Shown here piece by piece: positions 17,145 through 27,153 of a stretch of 57,561 bases of DNA (positions are counted from its first letter, which is position 1; every line of letters begins with the position of its first letter). The notes beneath the pieces were generated by a model that did not search any database, was not told the origin of the DNA, and saw only the letters and a list, made by a program, of their open reading frames with translations. Origin of the DNA: a virus. Lineage: Duplodnaviria; Caudoviricetes. The position numbers and the translations under genes are program-made. Where the stretch lies: the IMG/VR virus record IMGVR_UViG_3300005095_000010, positions 1 to 57,561 of that record; one strand, 5' to 3'.

Positions 17145-17684
17145 TTACTTACCTCCTGCTGCTAGAGCCTCAGCCATAACCTCATCATCAGAGCCATCAG
17201 GTGCTCTATACTGGGCTACAATTTCTGCAATTCTTTCTTCTGGTGGTACAAAACCATCTGGCTTGATAATTTTACCATTCTCATCCTTTTCTGTACCCTT
17301 CTCCTCATTTGCACTGATAACAGCATCAAGGCACTCTACCAACATTGGTACTAGATTGTCAAGCATAATTCCTTCAGCCTCTACTCTACCAACAAAGTCC
17401 GTAATTACAAAGTCAATAGGTCCAAACAATCCCTTAGCTACCAGATGATATGCGTTAGCTGTTTTGGCAAGTGTGCCTACACCCACAAAAATAAGGTCAC
17501 ATACAGCATCCACCCTATCAACGAATGTTGCTGCATCAAAATATTCTTTAGCCTCCTCACGTAGCATATCAACTTCGAGGTCTGAGTTCAACGCAAGTCC
17601 GTTGCGTGCCTTATTCCAATCTACAATCCTATTTACCTGCTCTGGTTTTGTTACACCTTGGATTAGTCTAATTGCTTCTGTCAT
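17145..17684 (-). CDS. MazG-like/PRA-PH nucleoside triphosphate pyrophosphohydrolase
   Basis: EEAKE...DAVCD...SAN..K...DENGKIIKP motifs. Confidence 0.75.
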   Translation of the reverse strand: MTEAIRLIQGVTKPEQVNRIVDWNKARNGLALNSDLEVDMLREEAKEYFDAATFVDRVDAVCDLIFVGVGTLAKTANAYHLVAKGLFGPIDFVITDFVGRVEAEGIMLDNLVPMLVECLDAVISANEEKGTEKDENGKIIKPDGFVPPEERIAEIVAQYRAPDGSDDEVMAEALAAGGK

Positions 17685-17952
17685 TTTTTTCTCCTATTTT
17701 TAAGTTTTCTAAATCTATTTCTAAGTTACCAAATAAATTTCTTGGTAACCACACAATAATTGGTGTGTCGTCAAGCACATCCTTAACCTTTAAGCCTCTT
17801 CTCTTTAATCCTAAGAGTTGACGATGCTTCCTAATTGTCTGTTCTGAGCGTCCTAATAACTCACCAAGTTTTTTGTCAGAAAGAAAGAGGTAATTGTCAG
17901 TGAGGAAATTTATATCCTCATCTGTCATCTTACGCCAACCACGTTTACTCAT
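17668..17952 (-). CDS. putative HTH DNA-binding protein
   Basis: EDINFL..NY...SDKKLGELLGRSEQTIRKHRQLLGL. Confidence 0.6.
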   Translation of the reverse strand: MSKRGWRKMTDEDINFLTDNYLFLSDKKLGELLGRSEQTIRKHRQLLGLKRRGLKVKDVLDDTPIIVWLPRNLFGNLEIDLENLKIGEKNDRSN

Positions 17953-18491
17953 TTTACTGGTTTATCTTTAAAGATTTCTTTAAACTCATAACCATAGTAC
18001 AAACCATCGTACTCGGTTGTTATAAGCTTATGCACAGCTTTCTGACAAGGAAGTTTAAAATACTTCAATAACTGGTAGGTTTCCTCTTCCCATGCTGCAC
18101 CTGTAGGAACAATATGGTCAATCTTTGTAAGAATCTTATAATCATCCAAAAGCTTGTTCAAATCTCTCTCAAGATGATATTTTGGAATGATAGTTACACT
18201 ACGCTTACCACTAAGACTTACTGAGAATGAGTATCTAAAACTAAGTGGTGTCAGTAAAGAATTTGTCTTACTGTAAAATTCCAAAAATGCCCTACGTATA
18301 CCATCAATATTCGATGAACTTATTAAAATTGGTGTTAGTAAGTCTTTCTGGTTCTGTGACATACCATCAAGAAATTGCTCAGCTACTTTAGGGTGCTCAG
18401 ACCACTTATCCGATAGAATCAGTCTCTTCATCCTCGAGCTCCTCAATAACTGGTCCTTCAAATACCAGTATCTCTGTGTTTTCCCCTGCAT
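17949..18491 (-). CDS. hypothetical protein
   Basis: 180-aa ORF in coupled operon. Confidence 0.6.
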   Translation of the reverse strand: MQGKTQRYWYLKDQLLRSSRMKRLILSDKWSEHPKVAEQFLDGMSQNQKDLLTPILISSSNIDGIRRAFLEFYSKTNSLLTPLSFRYSFSVSLSGKRSVTIIPKYHLERDLNKLLDDYKILTKIDHIVPTGAAWEEETYQLLKYFKLPCQKAVHKLITTEYDGLYYGYEFKEIFKDKPVK

Positions 18492-18693
18492 ACTCTCTTG
18501 CTGCCTCTAGGCTACTGAACATTGGCATAACACCTAACATTCCTTTTGCCCAAGTCATTGATAGGGTCAATTCCAAGTCTTCAAAATCTTCTGGAATATC
18601 ATCAACAATATCCTTGTTTTTATTTACTCTAATAGCAACATCCCTTTCCCTGACCAAGTTTATTGGTAGGAAATATTCCATTTTCTCACTCAT
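18406..18693 (-). CDS. hypothetical protein
   Basis: Start moved to ATG 18693 (GGAG RBS, overlaps upstream stop). Confidence 0.6.
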   Translation of the reverse strand: MSEKMEYFLPINLVRERDVAIRVNKNKDIVDDIPEDFEDLELTLSMTWAKGMLGVMPMFSSLEAAREYAGENTEILVFEGPVIEELEDEETDSIG

Positions 18694-18970
18694 AATCTGA
18701 AACTCCATTATCCTGCTCTGAAAGTGTTGGCTCACTCTCTTCTGTGGAAGAATCAATATCTACCTCTACTGGAACAAATTCATGAATATTAAGAGTCCTA
18801 GCAGAACCACCAAAATCAATTAGATAAGTTTCTGTGGTCTGCTGCCTAATAATCTTCCCATCTCCAAATTTCTCACTGTATACTGCACCATGCGGCTCAT
18901 ATACAATAGGCTTTTTACGTGCCCTGCGTTTAGGTTTGGCAGCTTTTTGCACTGGTGTTGTTTTACCCAT
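18686..18970 (-). CDS. hypothetical protein (SH3/Tudor-like VYSEKFGDGKI motif)
   Basis: AAGGAG RBS; first gene after a consensus promoter. Confidence 0.65.
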   Translation of the reverse strand: MGKTTPVQKAAKPKRRARKKPIVYEPHGAVYSEKFGDGKIIRQQTTETYLIDFGGSARTLNIHEFVPVEVDIDSSTEESEPTLSEQDNGVSDYE

Positions 18971-18997
18971 GTAAACTCCTTTAAATTTTATGGACGT

Positions 18998-19026
18998 ATT
19001 ATAACACTCTTTTACAAGAATGTCAA
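18998..19026 (-). promoter_or_regulatory. sigma70-type promoter
   Basis: TTGACA-N17-TATAAT, extended -10. Confidence 0.85.
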
Positions 19027-19141
19027 GTGCTATATAACAAATATCGTAAATTTAATAAAGTAAAGTAACATGTTACAATAAATTTACCAGCAACTACCAA
19101 AATTGGCGATATACAGGTAAGAAAACTTTAAGGTAAAAGAA

Positions 19142-19396
19142 ATGGTAAATCATATATTTCCAAAGACAATAAATCTAGTGCATGTAAAAAATGGAGAGCT
19201 TGTTTTTGTATGCTCCTGTGGTAGAGTAGACTCAACTAGATTAAAAGAGTTCAACAAAAAAACCAGATGTCAAATTTGTACAAAAGCTAATGCTAAATTA
19301 ATAGCTGAAAATAAGGTCGTAAATAAATTCCAAATTTATGAACTTTTTGACACTATGAAGCAAAATGGGTTATATAATTTTGTTAATAAAATTTAG
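19142..19396 (+). CDS. zinc-ribbon-like protein
   Basis: CSC...CQIC; CGATATA upstream. Confidence 0.6.
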   Translation: MVNHIFPKTINLVHVKNGELVFVCSCGRVDSTRLKEFNKKTRCQICTKANAKLIAENKVVNKFQIYELFDTMKQNGLYNFVNKI

Positions 19397-19403
19397 CTCT
19401 AAA

Positions 19404-19480
19404 AGGGAAACTATACTGATGGTCTTGACCACCCCCTCTCAAACGCCCGCCACAGCGTGAAATAAGAAAAACTTATGGGC
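19404..19480 (+). repeat. 77-bp dispersed element, copy C
   Basis: Near-identical to copies A and D; also shares upstream AAATTTAGCTCTAAA with D. Confidence 0.95.
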
Positions 19481-19532
19481 TAATTTGGGTAAAAATTACC
19501 CATTTTTGTACTTTAAAAGGAGAAAAAATTTA

Positions 19533-20078
19533 ATGAAAACGGATAGTTTGGAAAAGGTGGCAAAGGCTGCTGACTTAGAGATACAAGAGATGCTTTCAAA
19601 TTTGCCTCAACAGGATGTTGAATTTGTTGATGAAGAACTTGAACATGACCCAGTGATACATAGCCCAGTAGTTAGTGTACAACCTGCAACACCTATGACA
19701 GTTATGGAAACTAATATATGTGAGTTATATTCTACTGGTATGTCAACTAAAGGTATAGCTGAGGAGCTCGGAATTGAGCCATATACCGTTAGAAATGTTT
19801 TAGCCAAGCCCCACATCAAAGATTTTGTTTCAGAGCTTATAAACGCTCAATACACAACTTCTATAGAGGGTAGACTAAGAGTAATTAATAAAATAATTGA
19901 CGCTAAGTTGGAAAAAATTGAGGAAGAGTATAACGGAGACTTCTCAAAAGCTACTAAAAAGGATGTTGTAGATTTGTTGATGATAGCTGATGGTATGCTT
20001 AAAGAACGTCAAAAGAAAGAGCTTGGCACTTCCGACAATGTGTATTTAAGTATTGTTAATCAAATAACTGGAGAGTAG
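19533..20078 (+). CDS. terminase small subunit (putative)
   Basis: HTH STKGIAEELGIEPYTVRNVL; immediately before terL; start moved to ATG with AAGGAG RBS. Confidence 0.7.
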   Translation: MKTDSLEKVAKAADLEIQEMLSNLPQQDVEFVDEELEHDPVIHSPVVSVQPATPMTVMETNICELYSTGMSTKGIAEELGIEPYTVRNVLAKPHIKDFVSELINAQYTTSIEGRLRVINKIIDAKLEKIEEEYNGDFSKATKKDVVDLLMIADGMLKERQKKELGTSDNVYLSIVNQITGE

Positions 20079-20079
20079 G

Positions 20080-21408
20080 ATGAAGTTAGCACCAGATGTA
20101 GAAGTTTATTTGAGTGTTAAAAAGAAGTTAAATAAAGAGAAAATTTACCAAGTAACTAATTTTAACCCTCACCCAAAACAAGCACTTATCTTGGATACAT
20201 TTTTTGAAGGTAAGTTTAGTATAATGACAATTACTTGTGGCAGACGTTTTGGCAAAACATACGCTATATCTGAAGCTGCATCAGCGGAATTGTTAGTGCC
20301 AAATGCATCAATACTACTTATCACTCCTACATTTTCTAACGCCAAGACGATGTTCGAGAATATTGAAAGAACCATAGTAAGTATGGGCATAAAAATAGTT
20401 TCAAGAGACTCAAAGGCTCTGACATTTACTTTAGAAAACCGTGCAACTATCTTTGTTGTTTCTCCAAAGTCCGTTGCTAACGCACTTGGTAGGAAATTTT
20501 CACTTGTAATTGTTGATGAGGGGCAAGATATTGATGACCTTGTTGACTTATTTGAGAACTACATTCAACCAGCGATGGCTGACTTTGGTACTGATGAGAA
20601 TGGGTATAATAATGCGAAGGCTATTTTTATTGGTACCGCTAGGGATGAAAGTAATGATTTGTATGAACTAATTTCAAGGGCATCATCAAAGAAATATTTC
20701 GGTTATATAAATTTTACTTTTCCAACATCGGACAATCCTTATATACCACAATCATTTATTGAGTCAAAAAGAAAAGAGCTAGACCCTGTAACTTTCGGTA
20801 GGGAGTATGAAGGTAAGTGGTCAAAATCTGATGGTGAGTTGATTTATTATGCGTTCAATGAAGATAAAAATGTGGTACCACATAATACTATAAAGTATAA
20901 TAAGGAAAGTTTATTTATTGCAGCACTTGATGTTGGGTTCACCGATAATACAGGGTATTTGGTAGGATTTGTTGAGCCATTTACAGGTAATATTTATATA
21001 ATTGGTGAGTATAAGGATAATGAGGCACCACTGTCTTACCATCAAGCTAAGATAAAAGAGCTTGATAATAGGTTTGGGAAGGTTAGAGATAGGTATATAG
21101 ACCCTGCTGCTGCTCAAATAGCGAATGATTTGTCCGTTGATTATAATATTTACACAACACCTGCTTATAACAAGATTGATGAGGGTATTAAATATGTCAA
21201 CCAAGCATTTTACCAAGGTAAATTATTTATTTCTGATAATTGCCCAGACCTAATTGCAGAAATTAAGAATCTATACTGGCAAAATGCCAAAACCAAGACT
21301 GTCAAAAAGACAAAGAAATTCAAACACTTTGACCTGTCTTTATCAACATTAAGATACTTGGTAGCTACTTGGAAAATACAGTCTGATGTGCAAATAGTAA
21401 AAATATAA
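20080..21408 (+). CDS. terL: terminase large subunit
   Basis: Walker A GRRFGKT, Walker B VIVDE, coupling motif GTA, RNase H-like LDVG...D. Confidence 0.92.
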   Translation: MKLAPDVEVYLSVKKKLNKEKIYQVTNFNPHPKQALILDTFFEGKFSIMTITCGRRFGKTYAISEAASAELLVPNASILLITPTFSNAKTMFENIERTIVSMGIKIVSRDSKALTFTLENRATIFVVSPKSVANALGRKFSLVIVDEGQDIDDLVDLFENYIQPAMADFGTDENGYNNAKAIFIGTARDESNDLYELISRASSKKYFGYINFTFPTSDNPYIPQSFIESKRKELDPVTFGREYEGKWSKSDGELIYYAFNEDKNVVPHNTIKYNKESLFIAALDVGFTDNTGYLVGFVEPFTGNIYIIGEYKDNEAPLSYHQAKIKELDNRFGKVRDRYIDPAAAQIANDLSVDYNIYTTPAYNKIDEGIKYVNQAFYQGKLFISDNCPDLIAEIKNLYWQNAKTKTVKKTKKFKHFDLSLSTLRYLVATWKIQSDVQIVKI

Positions 21409-21461
21409 GCAGAGGTAATTACCTTTGCCGATATATAAAACAAATGATATAAAGGATGTTT

Positions 21462-22838
21462 ATGGGCTGGTTCAGCAATATGTTTGGAAGTGCTGGTGAT
21501 GACAATGGTTCCGTTAATGAATTTAATGGTATACAGACATTGGTAGTCTCTGGGCATGATACAAAAGCAACAAAAGCATCTTCTAAATACTTTGAAAGTT
21601 ACTCCGATGGTAATAAACCTACTTCTAAGAAAAATGAAGAGAACTATTTACATACATCAGAGTTAATATTTTCTGCTATTGATTATGTTTCAAAAGCAGC
21701 TAGTCAAGCTATACCGAGGCTTGTCAAAGTTAATCCATCTAATGGAGATAAGGAAGAAGTAACTGATAAAAAACTAATTCAGTGGTTGGCGGCACCTAAC
21801 CAATTTCAGAGTTGGGGAGAGATAGTTGAGTTAATAGTACAGGGGTACTTCCTGAGTGGTAACAGTTTTATTTCCCATGAATTGGTAAAAGGTAGATTTG
21901 AAAGTTGGCATTTAGGACCACCTAGTGCTGTCAAAGTAGTTCCAGATAAGAAAAAGTTTATCACGGGTTATGTTTATTTGGATAAAGTTGCTTACAAGAC
22001 AGAGGAAGTTATTCATTTTAAGAATCCAACCTTGAATAATATCTATTATGGGGTACCATCTGTACGACCACTGTTGGATACTTTGCTGTTAGAGGCAAGT
22101 TCCATAGGTGAGCTCAAACAATTTTATGAGGGTAGCACAATACTATCTGGTATTTTACAATCTGAATATAACCTATCTCCCGAACAAATACGTGAAATTA
22201 GGGAGCAATTTAAAGAGCTATATGGAAAACAAGGTTCTGAAAGACGTGGTACAGTAGTACTACCTGCACACATGTCTTACAATACTGTGCAGGCTACTCC
22301 AAAAGACTCAATGCTTTTGGATTCCTTAACAGTTTCCGAGAGAAGAGTCTTTAGGGTGTTTAAAATTAACCCTATTGCACTAGGTGGAGCTGAGCAGTCT
22401 ACATCCCACCCACAAGAGCTTATGAAAGCCACATTTAATACTGCGGTAAGACCTTATTTGTATAAAATAGAGGACCAGCTGACAGTATTTTTAAGAGAAA
22501 AGTTCAATGACCCTACATTAAAATTTTATTTTGATTTAGACAGAATTACAGAGTTGGAGACCCCACTTGATACAAAAGCAAATGCTAGTAAAACAATGTA
22601 CACTACTGGTATTGCATCACTTAATGAGGCTAGGGACTTGGTAGGCTTACCAAAACTTGATGAAGAAAATGCTGACAAACATATTTTGGCGGCTTATCTA
22701 TTTGGAGAAAATGCATCTTATGTAGAGGATGGGGGCACTATAGGAGCCCCAGCAACTGCTCCAGCTGGTAGTACTGACCCACATGGTGGAAGTGCAGATA
22801 TGCCAACAACTGATACAAATACATCAAACAACAATTAG
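21462..22838 (+). CDS. portal protein (HK97/T5-like)
   Basis: PNQFQS, GNSF, EVIHFK...YYGVP and NEARDLVGLP motifs; position after terL. Confidence 0.9.
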   Translation: MGWFSNMFGSAGDDNGSVNEFNGIQTLVVSGHDTKATKASSKYFESYSDGNKPTSKKNEENYLHTSELIFSAIDYVSKAASQAIPRLVKVNPSNGDKEEVTDKKLIQWLAAPNQFQSWGEIVELIVQGYFLSGNSFISHELVKGRFESWHLGPPSAVKVVPDKKKFITGYVYLDKVAYKTEEVIHFKNPTLNNIYYGVPSVRPLLDTLLLEASSIGELKQFYEGSTILSGILQSEYNLSPEQIREIREQFKELYGKQGSERRGTVVLPAHMSYNTVQATPKDSMLLDSLTVSERRVFRVFKINPIALGGAEQSTSHPQELMKATFNTAVRPYLYKIEDQLTVFLREKFNDPTLKFYFDLDRITELETPLDTKANASKTMYTTGIASLNEARDLVGLPKLDEENADKHILAAYLFGENASYVEDGGTIGAPATAPAGSTDPHGGSADMPTTDTNTSNNN

Positions 22839-22846
22839 GAGAATAA

Positions 22847-24151
22847 ATGAAATTCAATAAAAAAGATATTATAGGTTCCAAAACGGAACTTGTAATAAAA
22901 GAGACCACTGTTTCACAACCTAATGATGGTGTGGTAGTTATTTCTGGGTATGCAAACCGTTACTTAGATGAAAATGGTAAATTAGTTGTTGACCGTTCAG
23001 AGGAGTCAGTCCTGCCACAGGGGTACGACCTTTGTGATTTTATGAAGAACCCAATACTTCTTTATAGTCATGATAAATCGCAACCAATCGGTAAGATAAT
23101 TAACATAGATGTACGTGTAGATGGTCTTTACATAGAAGCTGAGGTACATAAGTTCATGAATGAGCAGGTGTACTACGGAGTACTAAATGGTATTTTGAAG
23201 ACTTTTTCTATAGGCTTTATGATACTTGATTATGCAGAAGTTGATGGTGTATATTTGTGGACTCAAACAAAACTATTGGAAATCTCTATAGTAAGTGTTC
23301 CAGATAATCAAGACTCCCTTTTCAGTGTTCTTACAGATGCTCCCTGCCAGACAGGTGTATGCCTTTTGGGTAGTAAAGCAATATCTTCCGAAACCATTAA
23401 ACAAAAGTCACTAGAGGCAAAAACTAAAGACTGGGTTTTGGTTGATAAAGAGAAGGTAAAAATGCATCTATCCGAGATTGGTAGAGAGGAGGATATAAAA
23501 GATGCCTACTTGGTAGTAAAAGATGTGTCTAACCAAGATACATGGAAGTTCCCTCACCATGATTTTGAACATGGCAGCCTTATTTTGAATAAAGGTGGAT
23601 TAAATTCTGCATTTTCCGCACTAAAGAGTGTCAAGGATGACGATATACTTTCTGTAGAAGAAAAGTTAGCTGCTGCGGAACACTTAAAAGGGCACTTTGA
23701 AGAACTATTACAAGATGGTTTGGTAGAAGAGGCAATTTTAGAAAATCTGACAGAGTTTATAACTGGACTTAAAAATCAATCTGAGGAAAGTACAGACATG
23801 AAAACTAAAGAAGAGGGTGCTACACAAGAGCAACCAGAGGCGGAAGTTACAGAAGCTGGTCAAGAAAATGAGACTTCTGAGGAAACTACTGAACAGCCCG
23901 CAGTGGAAACTACGATAAATTCTTCAGAGGAAACTGAAGAAGAGGAAGAGACTCAAAACCCAGAGGAAAATCAAGAAAAATCTGGTGAGGGTAACACTAA
24001 CTCTGACAGTAGTACGGTAGGTATGGAAGCTGTTGAAGCTTTTATTGGTTCTGCTAAGCAAACCCCTGAGGGTGTTGAGCAGTTGTTTGTGTTGTATGCT
24101 GAACTGGCAGACACACTTAATGAAGTATTATCATCTAATGAAGAGGATTAA
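22847..24151 (+). CDS. HK97-family prohead protease with C-terminal extension
   Basis: NPILLYSH, FSIGF, LLEISIVSVPDN motifs; extra domain and acidic linker. Confidence 0.9.
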   Translation: MKFNKKDIIGSKTELVIKETTVSQPNDGVVVISGYANRYLDENGKLVVDRSEESVLPQGYDLCDFMKNPILLYSHDKSQPIGKIINIDVRVDGLYIEAEVHKFMNEQVYYGVLNGILKTFSIGFMILDYAEVDGVYLWTQTKLLEISIVSVPDNQDSLFSVLTDAPCQTGVCLLGSKAISSETIKQKSLEAKTKDWVLVDKEKVKMHLSEIGREEDIKDAYLVVKDVSNQDTWKFPHHDFEHGSLILNKGGLNSAFSALKSVKDDDILSVEEKLAAAEHLKGHFEELLQDGLVEEAILENLTEFITGLKNQSEESTDMKTKEEGATQEQPEAEVTEAGQENETSEETTEQPAVETTINSSEETEEEEETQNPEENQEKSGEGNTNSDSSTVGMEAVEAFIGSAKQTPEGVEQLFVLYAELADTLNEVLSSNEED

Positions 24152-24153
24152 AA

Positions 24154-25356
24154 ATGAAAATTAAAGCCATTGAAGATTTGGAAGCAAAAGTAAAAGAGCT
24201 TGCAGAGAAGCTGGTAGCAGAAAAAGAAGCTGCTGACCAAAAAATTAAAGATTTGGAAGCTGATTTTGCCGACAAACTCGCAGAAAGAAAAACAGAATTT
24301 GATGGAGAGGCAACTTTCTCTGCAAAAGACATTGAGAAGCTGAAGAAAAAATCGGCTGATATGTATCTTAATTCACTGCTTCTTGGTAAGCCAGTTGACC
24401 AAATGGAAGGTTACAAAGACCTATCTGCTATGGTAGAGAAAGCAATTGTACCAGCGGATGTACCAAGTTGGTTGGCGGAAGAGTTCTCTAGCCAAATTCT
24501 TGAAGACCTTGAACTTGAGCTCAAAATTGAGAGCCTATTTGCAAAAGTTAATATGCCTGAAAACAGAAATCAATTCTCGATTCCTGCTATTGTTGGTGAT
24601 GTACAGGCATACCTGATTGCACCTGGCGACGATGCTATTGAAAGTGCTATTAGCTCTGCTAAAGTAACTTTTGAAACTAAGCGTATCAAAACACTTGTTG
24701 GTGTCACCGACCAAGCTGACCATGAATCAGTTGTTATGATGACTGATATTGTTCGTGCAAGACTTGTTAAGTCACTTGCAAAAGCTTCTGAGGATGCAAT
24801 CATCAACGGAGATACTGCTATTGCAAACAACAATGATGTTCGTAAAGCATTTGACGGTCTATTGAAACTAGCTATTGCAGCTGGTAACACTGTTGATGGT
24901 GGTGGTGTTGCTCCTACAGCGGCTACTATTGCAGCTACTAGACAAGTTCTTGGTGTATATGGTGTAAACCTTGCAGACCTTGTTATCATTGTAAACTTCT
25001 CTACTGCGTTCAAACTACTTGAGCTTGCAGAAGTAATTACTGTTGATAAATATGGTCCAGCTGCTACTATTATCACTGGTGAGCTTGGTAAAATTTGGGG
25101 GATACCAATCGTTGTATCTGAGTATGTACGTACTGACCTTGATGCAAACGGTGAGAATGCAGGTTCTGGTGACAAAACAGTTCTTCTGATTGTCAACAAA
25201 GGATACTTTGCAGTTGCTGATAGAGGTAATGTCACTGTTGAAATTGAGCGTAGAGCAGTTAGTTCAACTAACCTTTATGTTGGTTTCCGTGACTTCGACT
25301 TCAAAATGCTGTCTGCTGGATTCACTCCTGTTGCAGCTCTTGTAAACGTAGCGTAA
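24154..25356 (+). CDS. major capsid protein (HK97 fold, N-terminal coiled-coil scaffold)
   Basis: EDAIINGD, FDGLLK and GKIWGIPIVVSEY motifs; position. Confidence 0.92.
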   Translation: MKIKAIEDLEAKVKELAEKLVAEKEAADQKIKDLEADFADKLAERKTEFDGEATFSAKDIEKLKKKSADMYLNSLLLGKPVDQMEGYKDLSAMVEKAIVPADVPSWLAEEFSSQILEDLELELKIESLFAKVNMPENRNQFSIPAIVGDVQAYLIAPGDDAIESAISSAKVTFETKRIKTLVGVTDQADHESVVMMTDIVRARLVKSLAKASEDAIINGDTAIANNNDVRKAFDGLLKLAIAAGNTVDGGGVAPTAATIAATRQVLGVYGVNLADLVIIVNFSTAFKLLELAEVITVDKYGPAATIITGELGKIWGIPIVVSEYVRTDLDANGENAGSGDKTVLLIVNKGYFAVADRGNVTVEIERRAVSSTNLYVGFRDFDFKMLSAGFTPVAALVNVA

Positions 25357-25361
25357 GCTAC

Positions 25362-25375
25362 TCCCCTTCGGGGGA
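25362..25375 (+). terminator. hairpin after capsid gene
   Basis: TCCCC-TTCG-GGGGA; weak U-tract. Confidence 0.55.
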
Positions 25376-25397
25376 AGATTATAAAATAGGATTACTT

Positions 25398-25670
25398 ATG
25401 TTTCAACTAAATTCAACTTTAACATTAACAATTATTATTTCCACCTTGATAGCTATCACAGGTGTTGCTATTTATGTACAAAGTGCAAGAATAGAGAATT
25501 ACAAACAACAACTACAAAACTCAGCCACTACTGCCAAGGTAGTTGAGGAGGCTCATAAAACAGCTTCTTTTGAGCAAAAACAGGCAATTACTTTTAATAA
25601 AGATAAGGATTCTATAAATGAAGTCAATATTACTAACCTTCCTGATGGTAACTACACTATTTCTTTTTAA
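25398..25670 (+). CDS. i-spanin (Rz-like)
   Basis: N-terminal TM followed by coiled coil; overlapping lipoprotein gene. Confidence 0.65.
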   Translation: MFQLNSTLTLTIIISTLIAITGVAIYVQSARIENYKQQLQNSATTAKVVEEAHKTASFEQKQAITFNKDKDSINEVNITNLPDGNYTISF

Positions 25671-25779
25671 TGGGTGTTCAGAGCGTATTATTTACGTTGA
25701 TAAACCTTGCCCACAATTACAAACATGGGAAGTAGATGGTATTGACTCTATAGATTTTGAAATAAAAACTAGGAATTGA
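25618..25779 (+). CDS. o-spanin (Rz1-like) lipoprotein, 53 aa (not in track)
   Basis: AAGGA RBS; MKSILLTFLMVTTLFLFNGC lipobox; KPCP. Confidence 0.7.
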   Translation: MKSILLTFLMVTTLFLFNGCSERIIYVDKPCPQLQTWEVDGIDSIDFEIKTRN

Positions 25780-25780
25780 C

Positions 25781-25927
25781 ATGAAAAGAGTTGTAGAAGT
25801 TTCTGCAGAGGAGTTTGAAAAGTTAGTAAATAAACTTAAAGAGTGCTTAAAAGCCAACAAAATCCTCAATGAACAAATCAGAGAATATAACAAAAATTTT
25901 GCAAATAAAGAGGGTAAAGATGGCTGA
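25781..25927 (+). CDS. 48-aa helical peptide in lysis cassette (not in track)
   Basis: AGGA RBS; MKRVVEVSAEEFEKLVNKLKECLKANKILNEQIREYNKNFANKEGKDG. Confidence 0.55.
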   Translation: MKRVVEVSAEEFEKLVNKLKECLKANKILNEQIREYNKNFANKEGKDG

Positions 25928-26348
25928 TATTGGTGAAAGAGTAGCATTAGTTGAGCAAGCACTGGCTAGATTGACAATAATTCAAGAAGAGCAGACAAAG
26001 CAAACAGAGAGAATTATACGTTCTATGGACAATTTTACAAAAATTTCTGTCACTGTTGAGCAAAATGCAAAAGATATTGATATTTTACATGAAGCTATAG
26101 CTAAAATGCATGATAACTTACAAGAAGTCAGAGAAGGTAGTACAGATGTAAAGGAATACTGTACAACACTTAGCTTTAGTAGACTTAGAATGGCAATCTC
26201 GGTATCTGTGGCTGTTGTTATGGCAGTATTTGGATACCTGTACGCAGATGTTTCAAAAGCTGTTAGTAAATGTAGTTACCTAGAGAAAGAGGTAATTAAA
26301 TTGGAAATGCAGCATAGAGAGGTATTCAATGGAAAAATTAAACGATAA
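25920..26348 (+). CDS. coiled-coil membrane protein (lysis-associated, XhlA/holin-like)
   Basis: Coiled coil plus one TM; start moved to ATG 25920. Confidence 0.55.
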   Translation: MADIGERVALVEQALARLTIIQEEQTKQTERIIRSMDNFTKISVTVEQNAKDIDILHEAIAKMHDNLQEVREGSTDVKEYCTTLSFSRLRMAISVSVAVVMAVFGYLYADVSKAVSKCSYLEKEVIKLEMQHREVFNGKIKR

Positions 26349-26553
26349 CAGAGTATCTAAAAACACTAGACCACTGCTTTTAATTTATATGGTGGTGTTT
26401 ATTACTGCGTTGGCAGTAGCTGATGCTGCTATTGAGGGGTTTGATGTACCTGAAAATTATATCACGTTATTTCAAATTCTTATAACAACCTCTGCGGCTA
26501 CTTACTATGGAGCAAGAAGTATTGAGAAACTGAATGCTATGAAGGATTATTAA
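26329..26553 (+). CDS. holin (3TM/GTA-holin-like C-terminal motif)
   Basis: SKNTRP...two TMs...YYGARSIEK; adjacent to the endolysin. Confidence 0.7.
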   Translation: MEKLNDNRVSKNTRPLLLIYMVVFITALAVADAAIEGFDVPENYITLFQILITTSAATYYGARSIEKLNAMKDY

Positions 26554-27098
26554 TGAAGATTGCTTTAATAGCTGGACATGATAGTTACTTTAAGCAAGGG
26601 GCTGTGGCTTCTGGCATTTCAGAGAATGTTTTTTGGAATGAATTATTGGAAGAAATTATTGATATTTTGCCTTCTAAGCATAAATACAAAATCTTTCATA
26701 GACCTAACCAGAGTGTTTATGGGTATAGAGGTGCTGTAAGTAGATTGCACAAAGATATAGACCATTGGGGAGCACAAGTAGATATAGAATTTCATTTTAA
26801 TGCTGCTGCATCCAAAGCCTCTGGTCATGAAGTTTTATATTATAAACACTCAAGAAGTGGCAAAGCTTTAGCAACAATTCTAAATGATAGTTTTACAAAG
26901 TTTTTAAATAACCCAAACAGGGGTATAAAACCAGTAGGACGTAACGATAGAGGTGGGTATCAATTAGCTATAGGTCGTAGTGTATCACTATTACCAGAGC
27001 CATTTTTTGGTACCACAGAAATACAAGATTTTTTAAAAGTAGGTGGCAAGCGTCACCTACTTATTGACTCTATAATTTCATTTTTAGAGGCTATATAA
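26553..27098 (+). CDS. endolysin, N-acetylmuramoyl-L-alanine amidase (Amidase_3)
   Basis: AGH...E...HFNA...E zinc-amidase residues. Confidence 0.88.
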   Translation: MKIALIAGHDSYFKQGAVASGISENVFWNELLEEIIDILPSKHKYKIFHRPNQSVYGYRGAVSRLHKDIDHWGAQVDIEFHFNAAASKASGHEVLYYKHSRSGKALATILNDSFTKFLNNPNRGIKPVGRNDRGGYQLAIGRSVSLLPEPFFGTTEIQDFLKVGGKRHLLIDSIISFLEAI

Positions 27099-27153
27099 AC
27101 TATACTTCAGTTTTAGTACGATATACTTGTAAATAAAACTACAAGGAACAACT

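Noticed and set aside
24570-25235. Long antisense ORFs (221 aa here, 204 aa at 38085-38699, and others)
   Set aside because: They lie opposite well-supported genes, have no RBS or motifs, and are explained by codon bias.
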